A stretch of 64,000 nucleotides of DNA from Hydrolagus affinis (Eukaryota): assembly GCA_012026655.1 (NCBI GenBank), contig JAAILG010001588.1:1-64000 (forward strand). Reading direction: 5' to 3'. The stretch's first letter is position 1. The number at the start of each line of letters is the position of its first letter. Positions 25,286 through 39,869 of the stretch are shown in pieces. The position numbers were made by a program, and so were the translations under genes. The notes below the pieces were generated by a model. The model had not been told where the DNA came from and searched no databases. It worked only from the letters and a program-made list of their open reading frames with translations.

Positions 25286-26726
25286 TTCAAATTGAGTATA
25301 TTGAATGCTGCAAATGTCACACGTGGGGAATAACAAGAATATGGCTAATGCAGCCAGCCGATGTCTAATTTAGTCAAAACAAATGGCTGATTGTTCAAAA
25401 TATTTTACCCAAGAGAGCAATTTGCTTTGTATTTTTTAATATACCACATCTCAATTCGTCCATTGTGCAAATCATGGATGATTTATATGTTCAGGACCCA
25501 GTCATCATCTAACCCTTTGAACAGGAGCTTCCAGCCGTTTTGAGAATTTTACTGTTTTTAATCAAACTTGTGCATCGAGAGGTTTATTATATGTACTTTT
25601 GTTTAAAAATATATATTTTTTTTATAAACCAGCTTTATTTCCTTCCATCTGCTGAACAATTCCTCAACACGTGAGCTTATTTGCTCAATACTACCCAACC
25701 ACAGGAGGTGTATAAGAGGAACCTGGATAGAATTGCCCTTTGTTTCTTCTCCCTCCTTCCTTCTCCTGTATAAGAAAGTCTGCCTTGCAACACATCGGCA
25801 GCTCACCTTGTGCCTTCTCGGTGCACTAGAGCACCAATGTATTAAGCTATCCAATTTCCTCCTTTAAAAAGCACAACTGCCATTGGTTCTATGTATCTGC
25901 TGCCAATACTACAGCTCAGTCAGAGGCAGTTGATTTGAGTAGTATCAAGCTCATTTTAATAGGAAACCTTTTTTTAAATGTCTTGGAAAAGTATTAAATG
26001 GCAGCGATAGTGATGTATAATGCACATACAGTACAAACCGCCTGGTGAACAGTTTTGCAGCTAGTGACAGCAGTTGTGATTTGCAGGAGGAACAAAATCT
26101 GAATACAATTAAAGAACCATAATTCAGTACAGATCTGTGAACTCGGATCTCAGGGTTACTCTGCAAATATTCATGAAATGACTTTATAGATACTGTATAT
26201 ATTGTTACATTGTCCATTGTTTTGATTTTTATATTCAATGAGGAAATTTAATTGTGAAACTATGCGCAGTAAACATTTATATTGAACGTGTCTTTAGATG
26301 AAAGTGGTTTCAATATATGGTTTCTCTAAATTGACTGCAATCAGATTTTACCGACAGCAGGAATTCTCAGCTGTACATAAAATTTGTGAGTTTGACAGTA
26401 GGATATTTTGCTAATTATTTTTTTCAGGTACAGTTCTGTAATTGGGATTTCAGGATACATTTAGAACCACAAACTTTGTACAGGAAAGTGATTGTAAATC
26501 ACTTTTAGTTTGTTTTGGGGAAAAAAACACGGTGCTTTACCTGAATTAACCACTGCCAACTACCATGCCATTTCTGACCTGTATTTGCTTTGTGTAAAAT
26601 GGGTTAATGGGTTATGGGTGATGTTTCATAACAGTTTGTACATCTTCCAGTCACTGACTTGATTTCCGTTATTTTGTTGGATCAGTTTTTTGTTTCAAAA
26701 GCACTGCTGTTCATTTGAAAATGGTA

Positions 26727-26783
26727 AATAAAAGAAAATACTGGAAAATATTTGTTTTGTTCAACATCTGTTTGGTGAATAAA
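26727..26783 (+). terminator. Candidate CDC7 polyadenylation signals (AATAAA at 26727 and 26778)
   Basis: Two hexamers followed by GT-rich sequence about 1.45 kb past the stop. Confidence 0.5.
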
Positions 26784-29700
26784 GTCCCCAAATTAAATAT
26801 GTTTTGGTGTGAATTTCACATCTACAAAGATAGCTGCTGTTTTCCCATGGTTTTACCAGTGTTGGAAAATTACCCTGTAAAAGTACCAATATTCTGGAAA
26901 TATATTCTTCACTAGCTAGCGTATTCATTAACAGCTGTTGTAGTGGTTGTTTCACTTTTCAGAAAGGTGAGTTAGCAGTGTAATGCACTCTGGAGCTAGC
27001 ATTAATATAATCTGAATTTCTCTTGCTAATCGAATGTGGTCAAGCTATGGTTGTCAGTAGGTGCTGGCAAAGTGCATATTTAATTTTACTGGGAAATAGA
27101 AAAATGGGCATAACTTCGACCTTACTATATTTTGCAGTCAGCAGCAGAATAGAGGGCACATCACTCTGTGTTTGGATTTTGATACAGACTGTGGGTGAAA
27201 AACGTTATTGCAATGATGGGAGATTTCCTGTGAACACTAATTAATGAAATTGTTATTTCACGTTGGGAGGATATCTCAAAGCACCTCACAGGATTTTGCT
27301 GTCAAGTGGAGTGACTGCGTATTTGTAGTTTTATTTTTTTTCAAAATTTCATCTAATAGCGATTGAGTAAAATCCTGCTGAGTTGCTACCAATGATTCAG
27401 AATAGTACCAGATTGAATTAGTTCCAATGCCAATAATGATCAGGCTAACTGAAGGCTGCATTATATATCTATTGTTATTCAATTGTTTTGAAAACCCCTT
27501 TCTTCAGAGGCCACTTATTTAGAACAAAAAACAAAAGACACTGTGGTCATAATTTACTGAAATTGAACAATATGTACAGATTATTCAACGTAGCAATTCA
27601 TAGCATTACAATTCCAAAGCGCAGCAACGGATAATTCATGATTATCCACTCTCACTGCAGAGATATGATCTACAAGATCCCAATTAAGGTTTCTAGATGA
27701 AATGGAACTTCAGAACTATCTCCTGCTGTATGCAACTGTTTAATCTACAATGTTGTCTCCTAATGTTGTTAGGAGAAATAACTGCTCCTATTTTCACTGT
27801 AGCAATATTTTCATACCCGCTGAGGGTACTTTGGAAATGTAATCTTGGCATTTAACTTTCTCAGTGGGAGAGCTAAAGGTAGTGGCTTCAATGCTAAATT
27901 GAGACAGAAGGGCGTAATAGGAGACAGACGGGGAAAAAAGAGCAGATGGGGAAAAAAAACAGCATTTGCATTGGTAAGCCATGTCTGTACTTCCGAGTAA
28001 CACTATTCTTGGTGATGTCTTTCTGCTCATACATTCCTACCAACAACTTCAGACCCCCTCCTCCCTCCCACCTCCCCAATCCACCGTTCTGATAGGTCCC
28101 ACCGGGGCTCAAAGATATGTTGTTCGGTGCCGAAAACTGCACTTCACAATCATATCAAGTTGCTAGGGGCCAAAAAAAATTTAAATTTGCTTTCTTAACT
28201 GTATATTCTGCACGTTTTGGTGATCATTTTTGAAGCTGGTAATCATTGTCTCTAAACAATAACTCAATTTAACATTGAATTTCTTCTACTTCATTGATGG
28301 GGCTCAATAAGTAGTTGTGTGTAACATATTAAGATGATGAATTATCTGGCTCACATATTTCAGGAAACATTAACACCCAGGATAATTTTACAGTAAGTCC
28401 CATTGATTTAAGATATATGAAAATGTCAAGATTTTTTGGGGAGCCATGAACACATTAAGTTTATGTCCAAATGCACATTTTTAACCATCTCATATAGCAC
28501 CATATCTAATACTGAAACATAAAAAGCATGCAAAACTATCATTAATAGCTGACGAACAGGGTGAAAAACACATGGAGTGAAAGTTCAATGAATTAATGGT
28601 GTATTTTTTCCAAATTATTCCAATATTTCCCGGTTATCACACAAGGTTGGAAAAAAAAATCAGATGCAAAGTTGTGACAAAATGTATGTTTTTATTATTT
28701 TTCAGCATCCAGATTACAATCTTATAAAAAATAAAAGTTGTAGATAACAAATACAGTATTCTTGAATTTCTGTACTCTCACTTAATTCTCAATCTTTGAT
28801 TTCGTGAGTTAATCCTGTCCAGTAATTTGGTAACTTTAACACAGCCTTGTGAGAATTACGAGGGCCTATGGGCCAATTTAGCCTGTTAATACAATCAGGA
28901 TATAATTTGGGTTGGTAATCAACAGCTTTCAATTTAACATAAATTAACTTTCTAGCATATGGTGGTTTTGTAACTGATCCAGTAACACTAGGGATTGCCA
29001 TTTAGCATACTTTCTCCTAACAGTCTTATTTCTCAATTTTATTACTTTACTCTAGTTCACATCTTGACAATTTGTTTTAATTATTTGCAAATGTTACACT
29101 GGTCATATTTTGGGCAACTTTGCCAAGTGGGATACTTGTCATATTGAATTTGTATACATTCTTTAAGCCAGCTCAGGGCCCAGACTCAAGGGCATTTCAT
29201 TTTTAATAATTTACAGATTCGACATTTTACGTTTTATTGTCATAAAATACCACTCTTATATACCAGATTATTCATATGATGTTTTTATATTTGAAAAAGA
29301 ATAGCTTGAGCAGAACAGGTATAAAAATCTGTGGATCTTTTTATTCATATCACAAGTCTTGTAAACAAAGTGTTGTTTTTATATGTCAAAAGAACTGCAA
29401 TCCATATACCTTCATTAAATGTACGTACATCTGGACTAACGTTGAGTCTGTTGAGCTCTGAGACTATCAACCAGATTTTCTTATAATGCTGGAGGGAATT
29501 CCAGCATCATTTCTGGTTGTCCTCACCTCGTGAGTTAATTATGGTGTTGAATTCTAAGCAGCCTGAAAATAGTAATTGTGCATATTGGGAATTGGAGTTA
29601 TTTATTTGGACGGACTCCCACAAGAATCATATGATTCAAGAACTAACTCTCACAGCACAGTACTTCCGGGATTAAAGTAAAGCAAATTCTAAGCGTCCAC

Positions 29701-30726
29701 TATGTTCAATGTGCAAGAAAATCCATGTTGTGGTGTGGTCCTAGGCCCCACTTCACTCCTGGTTGCGCAGAAGTATCCAGTTTAACAGCACACGTCTCGA
29801 TTCACACATAAAGACTGGCTACTTGAACAAGGAATGAGTAGCCCATTGGCACCCATAGAACTGTCCCCAATGTTAGTTACTGAAAGGAAGGGAGAACATT
29901 AAGATTGCGGAGGGAATAAGTGAAGCAATGGAATATTCTACCACAAGCTAAGTTGGTTCTTGGAATTAAATATGTATCTTGAATATAAACCGTGCTTGCC
30001 ATCCACACAGGTTTAAATGCTAATATCACTGGTATAGTACGGAAGTCAATATGAAATTGTTTGCTGGGAAATGCAAGGATTGTTAGTATTGTTATAAATA
30101 TTTGTGAGTTATACGTTGCAAAGAAAAAAATATGGAGTAAAGTTCCAAATACAGTATATTATGATTAAAATGTATTTTCATCACATATCTGTGTTTATAT
30201 ATCAAATTTGGATTTCTGATGTGACTCGGATCACATTTTTAACAAACCAATTCTGTTTCTGGACATTCAAATTATGTAAGTAAACAGCAGGGTCAGCCAG
30301 TGGAATACACAACATATCTATTGCCTGACATTGGAATGCTCAACTTGTACATTTGAAGGGCAAGTGAGTAGTCATTCTGTAGTTTATCGTCACAAGTATG
30401 TTGCTTTGCATTCTTCTGTAATCTAAAATTACTTGTACATCTGTGATGTGAGGAGGAAGAATTCTGTTTTCTACCTCACTTTTCAACCTTGGTGGTAATC
30501 TGGATTGTGACCCGAGGCCCTTCACCCAAGCTCTCAATTTAAAAAAAACTTTTAAACGTGCAATAATTTATACGCCTTTAATCTCAAATGATTAACTGGA
30601 ATGATTTAACATTTTGTTCTTCCGTGTGATGAATTCTGGTGCTTCTGTCAAGACTTTACTAATGCTCACAATTTATTTTGATGAGAATTGTGATATATTT
30701 GAAAAATATTCCTTCCCTCCGACTAC

Positions 30727-30880
30727 AGAAGAACACAAGAATAAGGAGCAGGCGTAGGCCATTTGGCCCCTCGAGCCTGCCCTGCCATTCAATAAAATCA
30801 TGGCTGATATTCTAATCTAACTCCACCTGCCTGCCTTATCCCATATCCCTCTATTCATAAGAAATCTATCAATCTCAATC
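30727..30880 (-). mobile_element. CR1-type LINE 3' end
   Basis: ggagcaggcgtaggccatttggcccctcgagcctgc...catggctgat, the reverse complement of the cartilaginous-fish CR1 tail. Confidence 0.75.
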
Positions 30881-33050
30881 TAAATTGCTTCATACCATGT
30901 TCTATGGTTGTCATTCTCAATACACTGAAACCCACAGCCATTGAAATTAAAAGTCTGACAAATTCACTTGATTTTGCAATGTTTGGTGAAAGCTCTCCTG
31001 TTTTCTGCTGTTAGTTAATGGTTAAAAATGATTACTTTCGTTAGACTATTATAGCAAATAGGTTACATGTTGGTTGATATGTACCAGGAATGCCATAACT
31101 TCAACAATCATTAAGCATACAGAAAATTTCCAGCTATTCAAAATAATACAAACATATACATAATGCAAGCCACATGATTCCCGCAAACTGCAACTAACTC
31201 CTGTTTTCTTTAGAGGGGAAGATCATTTTACTTAATTGAGGGAAGTAAAAACCATGTATGGTTTACTAGCAGGTGTGTTAAAAATTCAAGTGGACTTGTA
31301 CTTCCTATGGAGCAAGACAAATAATGTTATGTGTTTACACATCTACCACCAAGTAGATCATTGCAATCTCATCTTTGGGTCACAAAATACAACACAGCAG
31401 TTAAGTGTGGACACAAATGGGCCTCAACTCACAACCACAAGAATGCAAAGCAATTATGTCAAAATGTGCTTATCGGTCCTTTTGTTCGCCGAATAAATCA
31501 TTCTTATCAAGCAGTCTGATGTGAATAACACATATTAGAATTGTGGATATATCACTATTTGAAACTCTGTACAATTATATCTTTCAATTGCAGTATATCT
31601 GCCTTTTGTTGACAAAGGTGAAAATCATTCATATGATCCATTGGGGGCCATAGTTCTAGTTCCAATCATAGTTCCTGTGAAATATAACGTTGACCGAGCT
31701 ACTAAATTCATTGTGATAATTCATTTGTAATAGATACATCTGCAAAAAATGATGTATCTATTACAAAAATATTACAAAAATATTACCAAAAAAATGCTTC
31801 CTAGAATAAAATTTAATAGGCATTTTCTCTTCATATAAATTCTTATGGAATGGGGTGGACTTTTATTTACAGTTGATTAATAAAATACTTCAATTGGTTT
31901 GCAATATAGTTGATGGAATGTGTAATTCACACAATTCTAGGATTTATCTATTTGTATTGCAAATGTATAGTGCATTTTTCCATTGTCTCTAAAATTAGGC
32001 AAGATTAAAAGTTCTGTTTACTCAAACAATGCTTTCGTTTTTTTTAAAAAAAAGAGAGAGAGATACCTCTTGGCAAGTACTGTATTCACAATCATCATTG
32101 ACGGGATAGATTCATTTCACAAATTTTGGAAAATCCAAATAATTCATGAGCTTTGCTCACTTGTGTTCATCACTATTGCGAAGAAAATGTATTTCTCAGA
32201 CAGTCCAAGTGTTCAGATTCCTAACCCAAGTATTCATTTGAAAGTCAAATGTATTTAAGTTAGCTGCAGCCAAAGGATATAAATTACTAAGTGGAAGAAG
32301 GATAAAGGTAACATTTCAAGTAACTTTTAATGCAGTTTATAAGGTTTTATTTCACTGCAAGTTATTATATTAAACAGTCTGTCATGACTTTGTGTTGCAA
32401 TTGATTAAGTTTGGAGCTTCAATTTTTGCATAAATATTTGAAAACGGCCAAACAGAAAAGAGTTAATCTAAACAGCACTGAGCTGCAATAAATTCTGAAG
32501 GCTGAAACTCTTACCGCTCTTTCATTAAATTTTGCCATATAAGGTGAAGAGCTATCACAGCGAACGGGGGTGTTTTCACAACTTGTGGAAAATAGAGTAT
32601 CTTTTTACAGAACTCTCTTTAGAGATAATTGAGGCTATTACGCATATTTAACTCGGGTTTTCTGCAAAGCTTTATATGACGTTAATCGTTTTTGCTTTCT
32701 TGGCAACATCTGCAAAAACAAAATTGTTACAGATGTTTCTGAGTTGATTGCAGAATGTTTCAAAACACACACAGCCAGCCCCGAGCCCCAGGTCTTTATA
32801 ATTTCTGTTTATGAAATTTCAGTAGAGCGCGTCACTGTGAAGTTATTTATCTGGTAAAACTGTGGCCGAAGTTGGCAGGCAATGCCGTCTGCCATCACCT
32901 GGTTATCTATCATTTCCTCGCTCACTCATTCGTGCTGTCTGTGTCTTTCAATACGCTATTGGATGACACCCAAATTTACTACACATGTGTCCAAGGCCAC
33001 AGCTAAGAGTGTTGTTTAAATAATTTGTTCTCAAATGCAATATCTCCTTT

Positions 33051-33390
33051 GAAGCTCCTGTGGCTTAGTGGTTAGAGCACTTGTCTTGCAAGTTGGGGAG
33101 ACCAAGCTGGGGAGACCTGTGTTCGAATTCAGGCAGGTCAGGGCGAAACCTTGGGCAAGTTTCCTTACTCCACACGCCTAATAATAATCCATCCAAAAAA
33201 AAACACAATAATAAAATTGGTAATTTCAATCCACGACTGCTTGTGGGACACTGCTGTGTGCAATTGGCTGCTGCGATTCGCCCACAAATATACAGTCAAT
33301 TAACTTTACAGTATATTATATGAAGCGCTTTGGGACGTCGATAAGATGTGAAAAGCGCTATATCAAATGCAAGGATTATTATTATATTAT
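33051..33390 (+). mobile_element. tRNA-derived SINE, full length, with a 14-nt tandem duplication in the head
   Basis: Family match, caagttggggagac-caagctggggagac. Confidence 0.9.
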
Positions 33391-33603
33391 TAAACGTGCT
33401 TATTACGAGTCACCAGTTTATCCATTGGCTTCAAACCTTTTACAGTCTGTGTCATTACATTTATCCATTTGAGTTTTTAAATAGGCTCACATGGATAAAG
33501 ATTATTTAAATATTCTATACCCCCAAAACAAAAATAAATATTGCCATGTGAAATGATATAGATCGCTATTATATGCAGTGCAGCAGTTCATAAATGAAAG
33601 AGT

Positions 33604-33910
33604 GGAATCCTGTAGCTCAGTGGTTAGAGCACTTGCCTTACAAGCGTGAGACCTGTGTTCGAATCCAGGCAGGTCAGGGTGAAACCTTAGGCAAGTTCCT
33701 TACTCCACACGCCTAGTAATAATCCCTCCAAAAAAAGACGATAATAAAAAAAAATGGTCATGAATGTTTGTGGGACACTGCTGTGCACAATTGGCTGCCA
33801 CATTTTGCGCAAAAATATATAGTCAATTCACTTTACAGTACATTTTGTGAAGCGTTTGAGACGTCTAGAAGACGTGAAAAGCGCTATATCAAATGCAAGG
33901 ATTATTATTA
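33604..33910 (+). mobile_element. tRNA-derived SINE, full length
   Basis: Family match. Confidence 0.92.
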
Positions 33911-35850
33911 TAAAGAGCGGGATCCTTTTTAGTTATAAAAAGGCTGCTTTAGTTCAGGATCAATTTGTGCATGGATTATTTGAATAGGTTTAACATGCAA
34001 ATGCCACGCATTACTGTTATTTTAACATGCTATTTTCATTTATGATGCAGCAAACATCATCACAGCGGAGTTAGTGAGTGAGGCAACAAATGGAGATAAG
34101 ATACTTAGTGGGGGGGGAGGAAGGAAGAAGTGCAATTTTATCAGAAATGTTTGAAGTAGGTTACTCACTCGACTGGAAATGTATGTGGGCTTCAAAAAAA
34201 GCAATATTTAAATAGTTATATTAATATAGCAACCTTCACAAAAATCCAAAGCATAACATATTTAAATGATCATTTGCTCTGTAAACCACAGGTAATCAAA
34301 TTAATCTATTAAAATTCCTCTGAGTCATATCGTTCCTTCAACATGTTTAAACATTTTTTTTCAATCTGCCCTTATGGTGAATAATAGTGAGTTCTTGTGG
34401 TTTTTAAATTAGAATTTCTGATGTGCACAGAGTATTTATACCTCATTCATGTAGTACTTGTTGGTATAGGTTTATTTCATGCATTTTGTTACAAGCACTC
34501 TGTGGCTCTGTCTACTCCCAAGATATAAATGCTTCAGAAGAATATGAATCCTGCATCCCTAATAAATGGTCAGATATCACATTTCCAATGACAGTGTTCA
34601 AAGCCGTCTCTGACCCTCTATCCTCCCCGCCAACTGGATATTTAAAAAATTCTCCTCAAATCTTTGAAAGATTATTACAGAATAGCAGATTCTCGTTTTT
34701 TTTACTTTTAAAAAAAACTTTGCGCAAAACAACTCGCAAAACGCTTTTCTTCAACATAAATTCACAGTTGCAATGTTGACATTTCTGACCCGAATCCTTC
34801 CATTTGTGTTGCCTTTGATTCACAGCACAATAGCACTCCGCGGTTCAGACGGAAGAATTTCCACGAGAAATGTTCAGTTTAGTTTGTTTACGTAGAGAGA
34901 GGGAAATGTGATACATCACTGATTGTTAGGCATGCAGAGATCTCAAAAGTGGGAAAAGATGCAATTAACTTTTATGCTCTGTCTGTTCTCAAATGCAATG
35001 AAATCCAAACTCTTATGGAACAAAGACGGCTGAGGCTTGCGCCTGATTCATATTCATAATTATAACCTTTGCATTTGTTTTCGTGTTTTTTTTCATCGGG
35101 AAGACACCCCCGAAAGCTCTTCACAGAATACACTACAGTCTAAAGTGCAGTGACTGTGCACTGTGTGGACACGTTTACACTAACGCATGCCACAAACAAG
35201 CACAAAGTGTATGACCAACATTTGCTCTAACTTGAGGAACACAATCAGTGCCCCCCACCCCACCCTTTTAACTGCTTCTAAGGCATGGTCCAGTTAAAGT
35301 CTTGTGTTTTATTTTGTGTCATAAGTAAACGTTGATACAGTATTAATCACTTCTACCTAAAAAGAATCAAAATGCCAGCCAGTGGGTAACGACTTGCAAA
35401 CAGTTGTGTACATAAAAATATATTTGCCCCCAAAAAAGAAACAAAATAGCTCTCAGAGGCTCAGGAATGAATGATAAAAAGGTGAGATGGCCGAGACAGT
35501 GAATATCAAAATAATTCTATTTACCAAAACTCTGCAGGTTACAGAGCTACGCCATATGCGAGAGTAGACACTGAGTATTGTAATGGTTACATCTGCAGAA
35601 GGACTCGTGTGGACATTAGGCCGCTTGCCGAGAACTAATAGATCAACGTCAAATGTTCCCGATAAGCTGCAAGTGGTGCTCCAAGTTTGCAGAGCGAACT
35701 GACACTGATGGGAGGAGAGACCATTGCCAGTGCCTCTCACACAAGGATGTAACTGCAGGAGATAGTGGCTTCTAGGTCACAGGCCAGCGGCTTTCATACT
35801 CACCGTTCAAGACGTTTATATTTGCTTCTAGTTTAGTTTTTTGTTTTGTA

Positions 35851-36170
35851 GAGCTCCTGTAGCTTCGTGGTTAGAGCACTCGCCTTACAAGACCTGTGTT
35901 CGAATTCAGGCAGATCAGGGCAAAACCTTGGGCAAGTTTCCTTGCTCCACACACACACGCCTAATAATAATCCCTCCAAAAAAAACCACAATAATAAAAA
36001 TTGGTCATTTCAATCCGCGACTGGTTGTGGGACACTGCTGTGCGCAATTGGCTGCCGCGTTTCGCCCACAAATATAGTCAATTCACTTTACAGTATATTC
36101 TGTGAAGCGCTTTGTGACGTCGATAAGATGTGAAAAGCGCTATATGAAATGCAAGGTTTATTATTGTTAT
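35851..36170 (+). mobile_element. tRNA-derived SINE, full length
   Basis: Family match. Confidence 0.92.
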
Positions 36171-36644
36171 TGTATTATTACACGCCCTGTCCTTGGATAA
36201 ATTAGGGTGAGAAATAGACAGCAAATGTTATACTTGATTAATATGAGCAACATACACGCAGTGACCAACAGTTGCACTACCTCAGTAACTTGTTTCTGAC
36301 CTGCAGGTTGTGTGATTGTACACTCTATCAAGCAATGTGATTGTGCAATCTGACAGTTTACTTTCAGGGAGAAGCACAGGTCAGTTAGTGATTTCTAACG
36401 CTTGTACTGTATTCAGCTGCACAGTGTGCAGTACCGGAACTCTCTCTTGATTTATTAAATCACATCATTTATATTCTTTAGCTACATTGTGTAGAGGATG
36501 GGAGGATGAAGGACATGGCATATTTTTGGCAAATAAGCTTCAGTGATCTTTTCACAGATCCATAAATTGTCATTATAAGGCAACCAATAAGAGTCTACCC
36601 AACCCATTTGTAAATGGTAAATTCCTGTTCACGCTTCGCCAAGA

Positions 36645-37009
36645 ATAATAATATTAGTAATAATCCTTGCCTTTGATATAGCGCTTTTCACATCTTCTAG
36701 ACGTCTCAAAGCACTTCACAGAATATACTGTATTGTAGTGAATTGACTGTATATTTTTGGGCAAAACGCGGCAGCCAATTGTGCACAGCAGCGTCCCACA
36801 AACAGTCATGGATTGAAATGATTAGTTTTATTATTGTGTTTTTGTTTTTTTTTTGGTTTTTTGGAGGGATTATTAATAGACATATGTGAGGAGTAAGGAA
36901 ACTTGCCCAAGGTTTCACCCTGATTCCTGGATTCTGGATTCCTGGATTCCAACACAGGTCTCAAGCTTGTAAGGTGAGTGCTCTAGCCACTGAGCCAACA
37001 GCTGACTCC
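36645..37009 (-). mobile_element. tRNA-derived SINE, full length, with a (gattcctg)n expansion near the B box
   Basis: Family match on minus strand. Confidence 0.9.
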
Positions 37010-39869
37010 AAACAGCTACTTCAGAACAACTGTTGCAAATGGTGTAAAACTGCTAATAATTGTTTTCTTTGCAAATGTGATACCATGCCCTCAGAATTCA
37101 ATGAGATCTCCACACATTGCTGTCTGTTTCAAATAATCCACTGCTTCCTCCAGAATAGCCAGGCCCACCTTGTCACAGGTAGGTCATTTCCTGTAGCTTT
37201 TGAAACTTACAGCACAGAAAAAGGCCATTCGGCCTATTTTGCGTGCGCTGATTCTATTTGAGTTGCCGTAGCCCCGGGGAAGTTGATTGGACAGACCTTG
37301 ATGAAGTCCTGAACACTGCCTTGGAAAATAATGGTAAGTTTAATATACAATTTTAAATACAACACAACACACTGGGCAGAAACGATTAATCTGGTGGGAG
37401 ACAGCTGTACTGCATTCAATAGCATGAACAATAAAAAGGGAGTGAGAGAGGGGAGTACTTCACAGAATGTTCTCGGAAATGAAGAAAAAAGTGGGGGGGA
37501 TTTCTCATTGTCCACTGAGACATTTCAAACTTGATTAATTGTATTGACATACAGATAAGCAGCCAATAAAGCCAGAAAGTCATTTGACAGAATTTTCCTC
37601 CAAAAAGCCTGGACTGAATGGGCCAGCGAGGGTTTATAGTCTTTTTCAACAAACAATATGCAGGACCTGTTATCAACGATGCTCTGAAAGTAGTTTAACT
37701 ACAGTACTAAATACTGGAATTTTCATTCGGCTTTTGTGATTCGGTGTAGCATTCCGTCTTTTGTCTCTATGCAAATGTAGTTCAATCAGGACTTATTGAT
37801 GAATACAACTAAATGGAGGGGGAAACTGCACAAAGTCTCCAAAATGGCTACTGAGATCCCTAAATCAATGTGTTTATGAGCTAGAAAAAAATCAGTTGTG
37901 TTCAATGGCAGTGATTTTGTTCAACCGCAGTTATCACAATGACTCTGCCAACAGTGTACACAATGAAAACATAAATGCACTGAAGAATATTAGCATTGTT
38001 TTAGCATTGGCAAACACTAGGCTATTTGGTTGTACACGGTGAAGTCAAACTGACAGGTTAATTCATTGAGGATTTTGCGCTGAAGAATGTTTGTGTATTT
38101 ATCTACACGCTGCTCAAGATCAGGATAGAGCAAAAAACTATCTTATTGACCTGTTTGATATGATATTCAAAAACATAAAGCAAACCTTGATGTACCAGGC
38201 AAAGAAATTCCAACCTCTAGTTATCTTTTGAATTCTGTTATCGGTAATCTGGGTTCTGCCAGTTCTTTGAAGGTCTCTTAGGTGGAGAACATTACAGTAA
38301 CAGAACATTTTGTTTTGGGGATCAGACCTTAACTGACAGAAAAATCTGCCTATAGTCTACTGTCTGTATGTCCTCCAACAGCAAAGTCACGATGGCTACA
38401 ATAACCCTGCCTTCACCAAAGTGAGGAAGTATAGAAAAGGGAGGTGTGATAGCATGCAGCTAACATTTTTTAAAAATATTAGGGTACAGAAATAGTTTGT
38501 CATTCTTGTTAAATTGGAATGGATGGGAACTATTACTATACTTTTGTTTAATTCATTTATTGTAGAGATTGCACTTAGCATTCAAGGCATTGCTCTGGAT
38601 TTGCTAAATATATAGAAATTCTATTTTGAAATGTCATTAGACCCCTTAACATTGAACACGCAGTACAGTGTCTTAAAAAGTGTAAGTGGACTGTCGGCGT
38701 CTGGTTGGCCTCTTGTTTATACATACAAGTGATGTGCAAAAGGAAAGTCATAACATTGTGGATTAGCACATTATCCCTTCCATTTCGTATTTATGTTCAG
38801 TTCATGTCCAAACTCTCTAATGGATAAGAGGATCAAGTATAAAATGAAATCGGGTCCAGGCATAAAATGTTTGGTACAATCCACAATCTGACTCAGAGGA
38901 ATCATATGATGATTGGTCTGTGATGCGCCTGGCGTGGAGGGCGCTATATAAATGCAAGTTGTTGTTGGAAGGACAAAACATTCACACTTTTTAAAAAAAA
39001 AGATGTAAAGGAACAGAAGAACCTTACTTTGCCTGTGACTATTCCCCTGACCTGGGAATACCTGATAATGATTCCAGTTGACAAGGGAACAGGTTTCGAG
39101 GTGTTTGTGAGTCTGACAAATGTCGGAGCTAAATTACTTTATTAAATTATAAAACCATTATCCCTGGTAACTTGATTGATCTTGTCATTGTAATTGCATA
39201 TCATGATTTAATGTCCTTGTACTGTTGACTTCAGAAAAACTGTATTTTCAGTGATAGAATTTAATCTGTGCATCTTCCAAATGCAAGAGGGAAAAAAAAA
39301 CAAATCCTGGTTAATTCTCCTTCAAGCAGAATCCACTTGCAATCCTCTGGGGAACGATGAAAAAGTCATGCGCTCGTTTAACAGCTGAAGTAGGAGTTGT
39401 TGATTTGAAGGGAAGTATTTCTCTCTAGTTGCATCAGGTATAAACCAACAAATCTGGATCTAATTTAGGGGTTTGGTAACAATCCATGTGGATCAATTGT
39501 GGGGTTGACTTTATCAAATACAAACCGTGCCCTAAATTATGTAATTAACAATGTAAAAGCTTTTTAGAATCACTTGGAAGACTTTCCATTGATTACACAA
39601 AACACCTTTACTTCCAACTATGCACAGTGCATTGTTAATGAAACCTGCATATTTTGCATAATGGCTGTTCTAGCAAGTTGCACCTCGCCATTAAGTATCC
39701 TGTTGACTTCAATTCACCCTCACCAGCCATAAGGAACATATTTGAGGTCAAATAGAAGTGAATGGGCCTCAAATGGAGCCACGCCAAGTGAGAGTGTGGC
39801 TTCAGTGTTTCCCAGAAGTGGTTGAAAATGAGTAACAGTACATTATACGCAGGTCTTTTCCAATAGTCT

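Noticed and set aside
34423-34779. 118-aa plus-strand ORF with a signal-peptide-like stretch
   Set aside because: Non-ATG start, no recognisable homology, ends in low-complexity A/T runs
37270-37332. Plus-strand exon-like segment PGEVDWTDLDEVLNTALENN with a gtaagt donor
   Set aside because: Weak acceptor next to a CR1 tail, and no partner exons could be chained in frame
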